The translations under genes were made by a program, and so were the position numbers. Below are positions 44,862 to 61,000 of a DNA stretch of 64,000 bases, in pieces. The stretch is taken from assembly GCF_009914755.1 (NCBI RefSeq), contig NC_060927.1; one strand, 5' to 3'. Under the pieces are notes generated by a model. That model did not search any database and was not told the DNA's origin. It worked only from the letters and a program-made list of their open reading frames with translations. The DNA is from the human T2T-CHM13v2.0 reference genome, Homo sapiens. Each line of letters opens with the position of its first letter. Within the stretch, counting starts at the first letter, position 1.

Positions 44862-45589
44862 GTCAGAAAACCAAGAAATAATTTTGTTTGGGGTAGTAAC
44901 AGTTAAAGACCAAATAGCGTTCCAGATCAGAAATGTAAGCCAATCTCTCTTCCTGCCCGTATTATCCACTTCCTTCCTGAAATATCATTTGTAAGGCCTG
45001 TACACTTGCTCAACGGCCCTTGCCTTCTCTGGCAACTGTAGCTGGAGGACTTTTAAAATAGAAGCAGGGCGCAGCACGTCTTGTCCAAGGAACAGCAGTG
45101 TCTGCACTTAGTGCTTGATGCCCCAAGCAGCTGTCTAAGTTGCTTGCCCCCAAACTGCCTTTGGATAGAAGTAAACAAAAGTGGATATCCAATGGAGCAT
45201 ATTTAAAACTGACCTCTGAGGCTATTTTAAGCAGATTGTAATTTTGCAAAAGGCATGGCCCTATTCCAAATGTTTATTTAGTGTTGAACAGTCTCCAATT
45301 GGCTGGTTGCTCCACTTTTTTGATGGTGTTAAAGACATTAAGAAAGATGCCAATAATAGATGCTGGATTTGCACTCGACCAGGGGCCCAGCAATTCATTT
45401 TGTTGAGTGCCAGATGAAACATTCACTTCAGGGAGAGAGAGGCAAGTAAATCTGGTGATATGGAAACTGGTTTTTATGGCAACCACTATTACCTCCACCC
45501 CTCACACCCCAACAGGAAACTCGTTTTGTGAAGATCTTTCCTATGGCCTTCTAAGTTCCTGCCAACATAATTCTTTTTCATAGAATAAA

Positions 45590-45770
45590 TACTATGTGCA
45601 AAGCAGTTGGCTAAATTTTAGCATATAGCCTCCTTGTGTCCTTATAACAACTGTAAGAAGCAGATAATATTCCTCTCAATTTAGAGATGAGGAAACTGCA
45701 GTGCAGAGGCCTCCAACTATGAGGTTGAAATGAAGATATGACCCAAGGTCTCTTGGGTTCCAGAAGTTGC
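45590..45770 (-). mobile_element. MIR SINE
   Basis: tactatgtgcaaagc...atttagagatgaggaaactgcagtgcagagg. Confidence 0.65.
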
Positions 45771-48516
45771 TTTCATTTTATTTCATGAAATATCCATGTG
45801 AATAGAATTCCCCTTCCTCCATGTATGTATTTGTGATGCAGTAATTCTTTTTCTATCTACTTATCCCTGATATGAATTTTGGCACCAGGATGTGACAAAA
45901 TGAGTACCTGGGGTTGAATCTTATATTTTTTAAAGCAAACGGTAGCAATTTATTGTGCAAAAGGAAGAGCCCTTCTGAAGAATGTACATGTGAATATATT
46001 TCCCTATGTGTATTTAGAACAAAGAAAACCTCAACAACAACACCACCACCACCACCCCAAAAAAACCAAACCCTGGCTTTGCATATCATTTCGCCTTAAT
46101 CCACTTGCCTTTGTGCTCCAAATGTCAATTTGCTTCTAGAAAAAACTTCTCCAAATAGAACCTTGGATTGAAAGAGCCATGGGTTAAATTACTGGCACAG
46201 TTGACTACTAAAATTAGTCCCTGTGTGGAGAAGGAAGATTTCTCCAGCCTTGCTCCTTAACCCAGTTTTGTCTAACTTCCTCTTCTCCTCTTCCCTTTTT
46301 ATCTAAGGTGGTTGGGTCTCTTTCCCTGAGGGAAGTGAATAGTCATTTCTGACACAGCTCCCTGGCCCTTCTGTCCCTAATATCTAGAGCTACCTCCAAA
46401 GGCAAATTATTGTAAATGAAAATACCAAGTGTTCCTGTACTTACAAGTCACATCCTTCTCTCTGTAGTCATCTTGGAATTACTTTTACAGCCACAAAGTT
46501 CTGCCTCAATGCAAATCTTTTCCTCTCAGCAGCACTTTTAGTAACTTGAAGAATCGCTGAAGGTAGAGAGACATTTTAGGAGATCTAGATTCTAATTAAC
46601 TTTTCCTCTAATTAACTCTGTCTTCATTCCTTTGTGAATGCAACGGAGACTCTTGAAGATAAAGAGACATGAGGAGGATGGCAGCAGCCCAAGTCCAAGA
46701 AGCTCACAGACTCCTCTTTTACAGGATTGTAAAGGAAAAAATCATCATAGGAATATGGGCAGTGTGAGGGAGAAGGGGAGAAGTGATTTTTTAAAAAGGT
46801 AAACTGGGTGTTGTCTTTTTCTACAGCACCAAATAATTCCTTTGTAAACCAGTGAATACGTTTTCTCAGTATCTCCGTGTGCCTTCTTTTCTTTGGCATT
46901 AAGGGTTCACCATGGGATAGATGATGATTAAGCTTTCAAGTGCTGAAAATCATCTCTTCCCATTTCCCTCCTCTCCTTCATTCTGGCTTTTGTTCAATAA
47001 GATTTGTCTTTTCCGTATCTCTGGAATATACTTTCCTGGTCCTAGGCTGTTGTTCATAATGTTTGCATTGTCTAGGAATGCTCAGTTTCTCAGTTATTTC
47101 CTCCTTACCTACTGAAATCCTCCCTATCCTATGATAGGGATATGCCCTCCTCTAGGAAGGTGCTTCACAAAAAGTAGCCCCCCAGCCAATAGTCACTGAT
47201 GAATTTTCTTGGTTATTCTTGCCGTAGTGAATGGTTACTACTTTTGCAAAACAGATGGAGCTTCCATTTAATTTCAGTCTTATCCAACTCTTATTCCAAT
47301 TTTTTCTCCCAGTATATGGGTGTTACCACTTGAGTGTGATGTTTCTAGTCAAGGGACCTCTTTACTCTTCACAATTTTTCTGCATGACTACTTAACGCTA
47401 TTCTCTCCACTCCAGTGAGACTTCATATTTAGAGACCTCAATGCCTTTCCCTTTAAAATCCTCTGTAAGCCATATTTTCTGATTTTTCTCTTACCTTCTA
47501 TTTCCATGGTTTCAATTTTAGCACATAGCCCAGTTCTTTTTACCATGGAGTTCTCTTTCTAGTTTCCTCCCATTCCTTCTGCAAAAATCACCTTCAAGTG
47601 TTCTCTTCCTCAAAGTCAGTTTTCTTCTCGAGTCAAGCATGCATCTAACTTACCATGCTTGAGTGTTCTTCTGAAACATTGCCTCTCCCTCTTTCTCACC
47701 TGCAAATTCTCTCTCCAAACAGCTAGTCAGTTAATGGCCCTGTCTGTGGCTTGGCCTCCTAAAAGCTACTGATTTCTCTTGCAAATGCACAGGCCAAATG
47801 CTCCCAGTGGTCTGTCCCCTCCTGCAGAACTCATACTAATGGAACTAGGATTGATGGCCATCCTCAGAGGAACCATATAAGAGCTCAGAGCCTGGGGCAA
47901 AACTTAAGTTCAGCTGTGTCTGAGTTCCATTGCCATGCAGCTGCTCCCCTTCAGCTGCTTTGGGTCCCAGGGCACAACCTGCCAAGACCACTGGCCATCC
48001 AGTTTCTCAATGACTTGATGAGATCATTTTTGGTCCTAAATTGTCCTTTTGTTTCGTGAAGCTTCTTTGAGCTGCTCATTTACGTCTCGTTAGTTCTTCT
48101 TTCTCCCTGACCACTGAGGCCTTGAACTCTTGAGCTCTTGTTGCCTGACCTCTCATCTGGATGCTGCCCCCTCTTTCTCAGACTGCTACAAAGTCTCTCT
48201 GCCTAGTCTGTCTTTCCCTTTCTGAGGATATGTTTGCTCTTGCCTTGACTACCCACTTAGTCCTTCAGGCCCAGCCTGACTCTCGGGTCCTCTGGCTTCC
48301 ATTTTCAGTGCAGATCCTCATCCCACATCAATTTAATGACTACATATTGAGTGCTTATTTTATATAAAGCTTTGTGTAACTTGTATTAATGAAATAAAAA
48401 TGAGCAATATGAATACCCTCTCACAAGGGGCTTGCAATCTAAGGCCAATTTATTTGCAAAAGGCAGACTGTGATTAAGTTTTCTAAGTGGGATTCAGAAA
48501 GGAGAAAAATCAAAGT

Positions 48517-48531
48517 TCTCTCTCTCTCTCT

Positions 48532-48570
<39 letters not shown>
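48517..48570. repeat. (CT)9(GT)18 compound microsatellite
   Basis: Directly visible. Confidence 0.95.
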
Positions 48571-48572
<2 letters not shown>

Positions 48573-48815
48573 GGGTACAGGGTGGTGATGATCAGTAAAG
48601 TTTATTTGGAAGAGATGACACATGGGACTGATTTGAAGATGAATCAGGTCATAACCAAGGTGGTACATATTTGGAAGAAAGATAAAGTTAGATTTGGCCT
48701 GATTAGTAGCAGTGTTTCTCAACCAGCTGTTGTGACTGTCTTGTTCCTGGGTTGCTAAATGTCCCACTCAGTAAATGACAGTTGTGATTTCTAGTTACTG
48801 AGGCAAACACAACTC

Positions 48816-49641
<826 letters not shown>

Positions 49642-50054
49642 CCCCTGAGGAAAGTAGCAACCTCCAGCCACTGACCTACGGGTGACATAAAAAGGTCTGC
49701 CCACATGAGGAGTTTGTTCTAAGTAGGATTCAGTGGGGGAACTGCTAAAGTCCTTGAGCTTGGCATAACAAAATTCAAGATACTCTTTGTAAATAATTAG
49801 ACTATTACTGTGGCAATGAAATAGAGGACAAGAAAAAGGAGAGACTGATGCAGGAAAAAGAGTTAAGAAGCTGTTGCAATAATGTAAGTAAAAATGACCA
49901 GAAGTTATGCTGGTGTCTCCCACAGATCACTTTCACAGAATAAGACAACCAATTAGATGTGGGTGTCAAGAGAGAACTGAGTCAATAGTGTTGCCTAGGT
50001 TTGAACCTGATGGTTAGTAGCACAGTGGGGCCGTATAAAGAAATAGGGAAATCA

Positions 50055-50427
<373 letters not shown>

Positions 50428-53400
50428 TCAATTTGGAGCATGTCATGTTTATGCAGCCCAGGGGAACATGAATGACTGGAATGATGTCACTAAAGACCAA
50501 AGGCTATAGGATACGAATGGTGCTACTTGAAAGACTATTTTTTTAAGGTCTTTGAAACAAATGGCTTCTTGAATAAACTCATCACACACATCTACCCCCT
50601 CCCACTCAAAGTCACTTTGTTTGCCTGAATCACCCTCTTTATTTTTCCTTTCTTTTTTTTTCTGCTTTCTGTTTTTGTTTTTCTTTTTTAAGATTGAACA
50701 TAAGTCAACTTCATTCCAGTTCAGGTCAGAGTGCTCTCTAAATCAAAATTAGCATTTTGAATTGATGAAAGACTGAGCTTTTAATTAAAAAATATTAGGT
50801 AATGAATGTACCAGGAATGAACTAAAAAAGATGCAAGCTTTTCTTATACTGACTTCAGTTTTATTCCCCAGTGTCTCCCACTGAGGGAAGGTCATGAGCA
50901 ACAAGGCACCAGCACACTGGATCCAGAATTGCTAAAGCAAGTTTTCTTCTCCGGCAGAGTCCCTGAGGACGCTGAATCCGGCTGAGCTGTGCAGGGTTTC
51001 ATATTCTTCCCCTAAGTAAATTAAATCATGAGCACATCTCATCACAGAGGCCTGCACAAAAGCCTGCTCTACCTTTTTGGCAAGCAATGCTTAAAGTGGA
51101 GCATTTAGAAATGCTAAAAGCCTGCCTCCCTCAGCCATCTGTGTTGGCTGGCCCAGCTGCGACCACGACCACGGGTGGGCCCTGGGGGTTGGGGAGCGGG
51201 TGGGGAAGCAGGGTCATGGTGGCAAATTTCATCCATGTGGGAGCCAAATCGAGTCCAAATGGACTCCTGGCAACGTTTTCTCTCTTTTGGTCAATAATGA
51301 TGTAATTCTTCCCTGAAGCAGCTAGAGATCCTATTGGATATTTGCATGGAGGAAGAGACTATCTAACCCTTTTTCCCCAACTTTGAAAGTGCTAGAAATG
51401 TGAGGGTAAATGAATACAAATAGGAACGTGCTGGGAAGATACAGTAGGGAAGCCTTCTGTGGCTCTGCAAGCTGATACAAATGCTGGCTTAATTAGAAAA
51501 TCAATCTTGCTGTCCGGCTGATTGATTGCAATCCTCTGCTGGAGGTAGGAAAGAGAGTCGAGTCATGACGAGATAATTTTTTCCTATTACTAAAAGAAGG
51601 CTTAATGTACATCTCTAAGCAATTCAGCGTGAAGAACTTGTTAAAAACAAGACCACATTTTCCCTCTTGTTAATTGAATCTTTGGGGGCGGGGAGGAGAA
51701 ATAACACAGCAATTTGTGTTTTGTGAAAACGCCTATTATATTTTTTTCCTGAGGATACCCACGTTCTGACAGGTGATTTAGTAATTGTCTTCAAAGAAAT
51801 GGAAGCTTTTATTATTATTATTATTATTATAAGAAGGAGGATGGGTGGCGGCTCACCACACGCACAGAACTGACGTAAGAGGGAATGTTTGCATTGGGAA
51901 GGATTGACGTTGCTAACCCTCAGTTCACACTTTTTGGTGTCCACAGTGTGCTCACCCAAACATATTGTAAGTATAAAGGTTAGATATTATCTCCTATGCT
52001 CAGATGAGGAACAGGCTTTGAGAGTTTAACTTGACCAAGGCCACACAGATGGTGAGTGGAGGTGCCTTGGAGAAGGGTTGCTTGTGCTCAGCTTTGCATT
52101 TCACAGATTCCATTTGGCTTCTTTAGAAAGGCGACCATAGCTGATCTGTTTCTGTTCATTCCTTCTTTCATCCTATTGGTTCTCTGGCACCCTCTGATCT
52201 GCTTTTAACGCCCAACTCAGGGCGCATCCTTAATTCAGAACACAGGTCTTGATTGCACAGAATTCTCATGCTTCTGCTCTGCATTCGTTTCCTCTCAGTC
52301 TTGAAAATGCAAAACATTTCTGCCTCAACTCCAGCACTCCATCAACTGTCTCTCTGTAGCTTTAACTGTTTTATTTGTCATTTCATAGATCTGTATAATG
52401 TTGAAGCTATAGCTCTCTTCCACGGAGAGTGATCCCTACTGATTTTTTTTTTTTTCTGCAGAAAAGCCTCTTAAAAAATGCTTGCTGCAACTAAGGTTGC
52501 AAGGATTTTAGAAACCTTCCTGGCTTTTTAAGGAGATCAGGAAAAAAAAAAATCCAAGTCTACGGGTTCCTGGAAGAACTATTCCTTTGCTTAGAAACCC
52601 TTTCCTCGAGTTCTTTTCTGTCCTCAATATCTCAATTATTCTTTACACTTTCACCTCCTCTCCCAACCCACATCAGCCCTTAATCTTGAGCTAAAAATTT
52701 TTCCCTCTGGTTTCAGTGATATTTTGCTATTCAACCATCTCATGTACTTTAACATGTGGATTACACTTGTAATACTTAGTCATCTCCAAAAAGCCCCCAG
52801 CCAAGCCCAAGCTTATTAGTGAAATGCAACCTGCATTCTTTGGACAGTGTTCATCACAAACTTCATTTTTATGAGAAACATAGTGAAGCTTGCTTAATAA
52901 AAACAAGAGAGATTATATGTTGCAGTGGTCCGAGATAGTAAGAATAATTCAATTATGCAGCTAGCTTTAAAATCTCATTTTCTCATTTTAGGCATCCACT
53001 TCAGCTTAATTTATTATATAATGCTATAATTATTAAATTAAATCCTTGAAGACAGACCCAGAGAAGATATCAGCCATCATTTAATTAAACTTACCTAGCT
53101 TAAAAAAAAAAAAGGTAACTGAACAGGGGATGTAACTGCTCTAAGATCATGCATGTGGAAATCTCTGAGTCACAAAGGAAACGTATATTTTGAAGGGGCC
53201 TCTCATTTGAGGTACCCATGTTTACTCTGTGATCTTCTAGGTATGATGCTAAAAGGCAATGAAATGGGTTAAATGTAGGTTGCAGAAAAAAGAAGGACTA
53301 AACCCAAGGATTATGAGAATTTTGTGTGTGTGTTTAAGGAAAAATCCAAGGAGAATAATAAGATTTTTGCATAAATATTCAATACATTGTGGACTTTTAC

Positions 53401-53469
53401 CTCTGCCTATGTGGAACATAGCTCACCTGTTTTTGGGTAGGGAATAATTATTATGACTATGTTTTCTAA

Positions 53470-53620
53470 GCCGAAGGTAATGCTACTCAGCCCAATTTAT
53501 AAATATGGAGACTGAGGCTCAGAAAAGGTAGCTCACTTCCCCAAAGTCACGCAAATGATTCATAGCAAATCTAGGAGATCATTCCATTCTCTCTCTCTGA
53601 CTCCAAAGCTTGTACTCTTA
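53470..53620 (-). mobile_element. MIR SINE
   Basis: ttataaatatggagactgaggctcagaaaaggtagctcacttccccaaagtcac. Confidence 0.7.
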
Positions 53621-54679
53621 ACTTGCAAAGTAGAGTATACCATGTATACTTACGAATGGAGAAATAAACTTGTTGGAAAAAAGGAAACGTGATACTTGGA
53701 TATGACATTGTTTTAGAAAATACGTAGTCTCTGGTTTCATGTGTAATGGTCAGTTGTTAAGCTATGAGAAAGGAATAAGTTGAAAACTGATCATGATTTG
53801 GGTTTCATTTGCTCTGAAGCCTGGTAAAGCTGATGAAATAATCCTTTAAGCATTGAGGTGTAAAGATATTAAAAATATATTAAAATTCTAAGACAAATTA
53901 GCCATAGAATTAAGACATAATAATATTTTCAAATGCTCCAACGTTTTATGGAGGTCTTCACACTTCAGTGATAGGTGATATTTCTCTTTCTAGAGAAAGT
54001 CTTGGGATAAAGATTCCTGTCTTAAGTTGCTCCCTTACCCTTTCTGCCTTGGTTTTGAAAGAGACATTTGGGGTCTATTCATTTTATGTCATCAGTGACC
54101 TTGTGGACACTCTTAAGATAATAATGATGACAGAAATGACATATGGTATTTGAGTTTTAAGAAGTGGGGGTTGGCAAAAACATAGTCTATTGGAGATGAA
54201 AGCTGGTTTGCTTTCCCTAGTAATCTCTTGCACAGTATGCTGGCTGAAAGAGGGAGCCTGAGACCAATCCTGTTTAGGAAATACTTGTTAACATTTTTGG
54301 AACTGGCAGAGGACCTCCTTGTTAAACTGGAATTTTCTCCATCTGTGGTTTTCTGTTTATTTCTGTGTAATTCCACACAACAATGTTAAGTTTAAAAATC
54401 AGGCAACGTATCATTTGAGTATCCTAGTTTTATGCAAACATGGATGGTATGATGTTAAAGGAATGTAGATTTCTCCTGAAAAATAAAATGAAAGCTCAAC
54501 ATTCCCACAACAACTTTAACCTAATCTGCAACCCAGACCCCATTCCCCTCAGCAATCCCATGTACAGCACTTTGTGACTTGGAAAATTCCAAGAAAGGCC
54601 CTTGAAAGCGTCATATACTAAGTGATTGCTTTGGGTGGTCAGACATCTTCATGTTTATTTTCTTCATAACTCTTTCTCA

Positions 54680-54840
54680 CCATCAGTGAATGTGGCAGGA
54701 GAGATATCACTGTTCCCATTTCACAGAATAAACGAATTGAAGCAGAGATGTTAATAACATATCCAATGATCACACAGCAAATGGCAGCAGGATTTGACTC
54801 CTAGATTGCTTAATTCCAAAGCCCAACCTCCTTTCACTTT
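54680..54840 (-). mobile_element. MIR SINE
   Basis: cccatttcacagaataaacgaattgaagcagagatgttaataacatatccaatgatcacacagc. Confidence 0.65.
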
Positions 54841-55959
54841 GTATCACAACACTCTACATTTCATTAATATGGCCAGTGACTATTCTACACTTGTCTCCTT
54901 TTAGAAAAATGAGTGTACAGCTCTGTAAAATTTTGGATAAGAGAATAGGTAAGGTAAGATAAAGCCATTTATAGGCTCAACTAGCGATTTCATAAATAGC
55001 CACAATTGACAGATTTCACTGTGGACAGATGGCAGTTTTGGCTAAGAGCAGCTTGATTCCTCGAAGGTAATTCTGTGCCACAGGTGTCAGTCTCTCCTAC
55101 ACTTATTTGGGCTGGCTCAGCTTGGAGTAGTATGGAGGACTCATCTGGCTTGATGTGAATCTTAATATTTCACAGTGGCAGAACTGAAATGAAAGGAAAA
55201 GTAATATACTTTATGTATTCTTCCCTCTTTTAAAAAATATTGCCACAAAGGGACTTAGAATATAGGTTGAAGAGAAATACCCTTGGAATTCCTATCTTCT
55301 CTCAGGGGTTATTGATACCTGTGGCCAGCACAGACCCAACTTATTTTGAGATCATATATACAGTTGATACACGGATTATATTTTAGGCTTGAATTAAACT
55401 CATTTTTCTTCCCAAACAGTCCCAAATCTACTTGGCTAAGCACCTTTCCATTTTATATTCTTGTTTATTTAGAGGAAATATAGTCCATATGTTTCACATT
55501 CATTTACACTTAACTCATCAAAATGTTATTTGGCAATGGGTATTTGATGTCCCCTAGAAGAGTCTTGAGGTGCTTTTGATAAGATTTAGTTCTATAACCA
55601 GGAAATAATGTTATGTCTGGAGAGAAACATAGTTCCCAAAGGGCCCTGGGTCAGTTCAAAGCTCCACTGAAAATGGTTATGGAAGGCTGAGTTTTGGAAG
55701 TGTATTTTTGTATAATTCACTACTCTCCAAAACTGCCAGTGGAGACTGCTGAATATGGGGTGTTGGGCTCTCAAAGCAGCTTGGTTTAATGGCTATTCTG
55801 CAGCCACAAATGAACTGATTGATAGAAAAATTATTCTATTTACGCAAATGTGCAATGACATGTTTTAAACACTATGAGCTCTGAATACCTAGTGGAACCT
55901 TAAAGATTTGATGGTATAAAAATTAAAAGCACACGACAAAGTGGTAAGTAATGTTAATA

Positions 55960-56830
55960 ACATTATTAGTAATATGTCAAGGGCTCTGTTTAGTATATAA
56001 AATAGTGTCTTTATTAATATTTGAAAATATATTTAAAATACATATCTAAAAATAATAATGTGAATATATCAGTAGAAAAATAGGCATAAGACAGAAGGAA
56101 ACACACACAAACATAAAGCACACAGGTGAATATATTCATATATGTGAAACTTACATGTGCAAAAATCCTTCAGTTTTATTAATAGTAAAGTACATGAAAA
56201 TTAAAACAACAATACAATTTTATTTTTAAACCAGCAAATTGATGAAACAATGTTAAAATATTAAATGCTCCCAAGGGTTTTTGGATAATCTGTTCCTTGA
56301 AGGGTAAATGGGTATGATTTTCCTGGAAATGCATGTAACAGTGTTATGAACTCATTCTTAAAAGAGTTCATGCCTTTTGATGTAATAATTTTACTTCTAG
56401 GAATATATTCAAAGTTTTCGAGAAAGATTTACATGCAAAAGTGTTTATTGTATTGCTGTTTTTAATAGTGAAAATAAAAATGTCAACATTTCTAATAACA
56501 GAGTTAAATAAATTATGGTTAAATAAATTAGGGTACATTCCATAGGCCATTATTCATCCACCAATGCCCCATTACAGAGTTTAGTGTCATGGGAAAATGC
56601 TATTTATATAAATGAGAAAGAAAATGGAAAACAAAACTCTACTATACATTCCCAGTTTTGTAAAAACAAAACCAGACATGCAAATGCAGGAAAGGAAATT
56701 TTTAAGTGAAACCAGTCATTATTGCTTGGTGGTGATTCTAATTGTAATTCTAATTTTCTTCTTTATATCTTTCTGCACTTTAAGAATGATAAACATATAT
56801 TAACTTTATAATTATAAAAATAATAAATAT
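55960..56830 (+). mobile_element. Highly diverged L1ME-type 3' fragment
   Basis: aataattttacttctaggaatatattc...gtgtttattgtattgctgtttttaatagtgaaaa...taaataaattatgg. Confidence 0.6.
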
Positions 56831-58399
56831 TTCTTATAGTAGTAGAATTCTTTGCATTTTCAGTAGGTGAAAGCAGCAGATGCATCAGAAACTGAAATGT
56901 TGATTTTGAGGCTTTGTGATAACCACCAAGTAACTGATTCACTTTTTTCATCCTATATTCTCATGGCTATAGCACATCATCTTTGAAAAATAGTTTATGC
57001 ATGGAATTTACTGTCCTGTCTTCATATAAAAATGATAGTCCAGAAGAAAAAAAATTCACTCTACTTTGTCAGTTATATAATCTGGTTGGGAATTTCTTTA
57101 GATACTTTGCTCTGTAATTTGAAGGGAAATTTTTCTTTTAAAAGCCAGTTATCTTAAAGAAAACATCTTTTCAGAAGGCGTTTTTCCCATGAGTTTAGAT
57201 TTGATTGGCTTGATTTATCTACCTCATTAGGTAGAAGGGAGTTTGGATGCACCACATAAGAAGATGTGATTGAGGAATCAGAAACCTATTAAAAATATAA
57301 TCTAGTCTTGAGAGAGAGCGTCATGTGTGGTATGAATGAAGACCTGAGATTGCATTTTAGTTCTGCTACCTAGCATATGTGTGAGCTTGTGCAGTCACTT
57401 GATAGCTCTTGTCTCGTCTACCTTAAAGGGCTCTTATAAAGAATACGTGTAATATTATACGTGAATTATTATCATCAGACAATCTATGGATGATCGCACT
57501 AGAAACTGGACTCTCGTCTTACCAGAATATTGGTGAGTTGGGGGCCTAAAGTGTCATGGTAGAAGTTATCCAATAGTCAACTGAAATTTCCACTACAGGC
57601 CTTCACAGATGTCCCTAGAAGTTTTAACTGAAGCCTAAAAATTATGAATGTTGTACTTTTGTTTGCTGGTGGCCATACCCTTTAATTTCTCTGGAAACCC
57701 CAAAGAACAAATTTTCTTTAAAATATATTTATTTCTCATATATTTACAGTAAACTATGAAAAGAATAAAACATATTTTCATAAGCCACACATTTATTTAT
57801 TTTATAACCACATCACATCTGTGTGCACCGTAATTGGAAAACAAATCAATAACTGAAATATAATATTCATGAAAAGACCTTTATAAGCTCCTGTATAATG
57901 TGTTAATAGTTTTGAAACATTAGAAAAGGAAACTTGGAAGGACCATGTTCTCAGAGGGAGGAGTTCTTAATGGATGGACTGGAAGAGATGGATCCTCATC
58001 AGACGGTGGAGTCTCTGTTTGGAGAGACCAGTTCACAATCATGTGTCACAGCAATAGACTTTAGATGGCCTGGTTAGAGAGAAACTAAGAGCAATCAGTT
58101 TCAATTCATGAAGTGACAAGGACATTTTTGAAAAGTAATTTAAAACATTTTTTCTTGCTAGCAGATTGGAAGAAAATGAAGGTCAGAAACTCTCATGAAT
58201 ACTGGGGCAGGCCAGATATAGAGGAAAAATGATGACCTTTTATGATTTTAAAAGTTAAATTTAGGCTTCTTAATGGGAAATTACTATTTATTTCATTTTT
58301 GCATTTATTTAGGCATTATCTTTTTATAATAAGAAAGTATACGCTGTGTTATTTTCTTAATAAAGACTATTTTTCATCTTTAAAAAACATACAGACAAG

Positions 58400-60120
58400 C
58401 GTTTGTTTTGTTCTATTAAAAAACTGAGTGCCCAGTGGACAAAGGACATCCTAGTCCATTATGAAATTAGTAAGCTTCCTTAGTATTTTAGTCCAGAGGC
58501 TATTAGGTAGGGCTGAGAAAAGACTGGCTTCTGTATTGGAAGGTGAGGTTGGGGAGTTGATGGTGGGGAAAGGCTGGCATGAGAAATCTGAGCTTGAGTA
58601 GGGTGGGTAGGACATCCATGTGGGATGGGAAACTGTGGCAGTGACAGGAGATTGGATGTATGTATTGGGATATTGACCCAATAAGTAAATAAGATAATGG
58701 GAGCCAGATTTCACGCTATTTAAGGAGAGAGTTATACATTTGGAAAAGGAGAAAAATGAAAGAACCAAGTGATATTAGATCAGAATTGGGGTACTGGTAA
58801 AACGTCATTGTTTTGAGGAGGAATAGAGAGATAGATAGGCATAGAGAAATAATTATAGATCTAAATATGTGTGTGTATCTAAATATAGGTCTAATTAATG
58901 TGTACATATATAAATATAAATAAATATAGGTCTAAATATATGTGTGTGTGCATACACAAACACACACACACACACACACACACACTTCCTAGCTTTGACT
59001 GCTCAAAAAGCCCTACAGCAGCGACATCGTAATCATGATGAGCACACATAGAGGCCAGACCTTGATTCCTAAACACCATTCTCTACTAAATGCAACCATG
59101 GTGGTTTGGAGAAATGGATAATGCCAGGACTGGGCTAGGGAAAGTGCAAGAGAAGCGTGGAAAATCTTTGTGTCCCAGGATGTAAGGAAGTACTCAAAAG
59201 GTGATGGGAACACAGAAGCCTCTTTGAAGGGGCTCACACAAATCTGGAATAAGTTGAGCTTCTAAGTAGAAAATGTTAGCAAAGAATTATAATCTATTCA
59301 ACAAAACAGAGTTCATGAGTTCATACTACTGTAAATAAATTATTGGATAAATAACTCGGGAGAAGTGAATGCTGGATTAATAAATATAGAAGGAATAATT
59401 GCAGTAGAAAATCACCATTTAGCAGCCATAATAATTAAACCAAGAAACATCTATGGGTATTAAAACTAAGTGGGTGGAAGTTTGATGATAAGATATTTAC
59501 ATAGTCTAAAAGAGGTACATTTTGTGAAATATTTATATGCTAAGGAAAAAAAGGAGAAACTGGAGAAACCAGGCAGATAACATCTTAATCTAATTATCAC
59601 AGTTAACTTACCAGAAAAGAGACAAAAAGCAATTGTGACCATTTGATTGGAAGACATGGAAGAACTGAGCATCATTCTGAGAGATTCCTGCCAACGACAT
59701 ATAACCTGAATCTAATTATGACAAAACATCAGACAAACTCAAATCGAGGTACAGTCTACAAATAACCGGCCTTCTACATTCAAAAGTGTCAAGGTCATCG
59801 ATGATAAGGGAAGACTGAGGAATTATTTCGGACCAAAGGAGACAGAAGACACTAACAACTAAATGTTTAAATCTGCATTGGATCCTTGTGCTCTAAAGGA
59901 TGTTACTGGGAAAAATTGGCAATGATTAAATGGGGGCTGAGAGTAGGTGGTAATGACGTATCAGTGTTAATTTCCTTGTTTTGATGGTTATATTGTAGTT
60001 ATGTAGAAGAATGTCCTTGTCTGGAGGAAATTTACACTAAATTGTTGAGGAATAATAGGGCAGCACGTTGGTAACATACTCTGAAATGGTTCAGAAAAAA
60101 AGATTTTAGTATTTGTAATT
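58400..60120 (+). mobile_element. L1MC/L1MD-type 3' UTR fragment, contains (CA)n at 58951-58985
   Basis: acatataacctgaatctaattatgacaaaacatcagacaaactcaaatcgagg...ttgatggttatattgtagttatgtagaagaatgtccttg. Confidence 0.7.
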
Positions 60121-60136
60121 TTAAAAATAATTTTGA

Positions 60137-60454
<318 letters not shown>

Positions 60455-60769
60455 TTATTTTTAGTAAGAAAAAAAGAATAAGAAGTGGCCCTGCCTTTGA
60501 GGAGACCACTGGATAGTAGAAAGTACGAGACGATAAGATGACATGAGGTCAGCAGAGCAGAGGGTGGCAGTCTGGTGACATGCATCTGGAGCCAAATGGT
60601 GCATGTTCCCATTGAAGTTCTGACACCACCAGCAAGAAGACCTTAGGGGGACGGCATAAAGGGAATGATAATAGTATAAATTCATAGGGTAATTATGAGG
60701 TGTACAAAGCACATGGCATGTTCATAATAATTTATAGCTATTGTTATTATTATTAGTTATCGGTGAATA

Positions 60770-61000
60770 AGTTCATGGTTATTTGTAGTCAGACAGCTAC
60801 TTCTAAATTCTGGCTCTGCCACTTACCATGTGACCTTCAGCAAGTTACTAATTTTTATGAGGCTCAGGTACTTCATTTAAACTACAAATAATAATCATCG
60901 TAATTGTAGCCAGTAAAGAAACAGGGTGGTTGTGAGATTCTGATGAGATAATGCAAAACGCTTAGCACATTGTAAGCACTTGATAAGTGTTAGTTATTGC
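60770..61000 (+). mobile_element. MIR SINE
   Basis: aattctggctctgccacttaccatgtgaccttcagcaagttact...atgagataatgcaaaacgcttagcaca. Confidence 0.75.
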
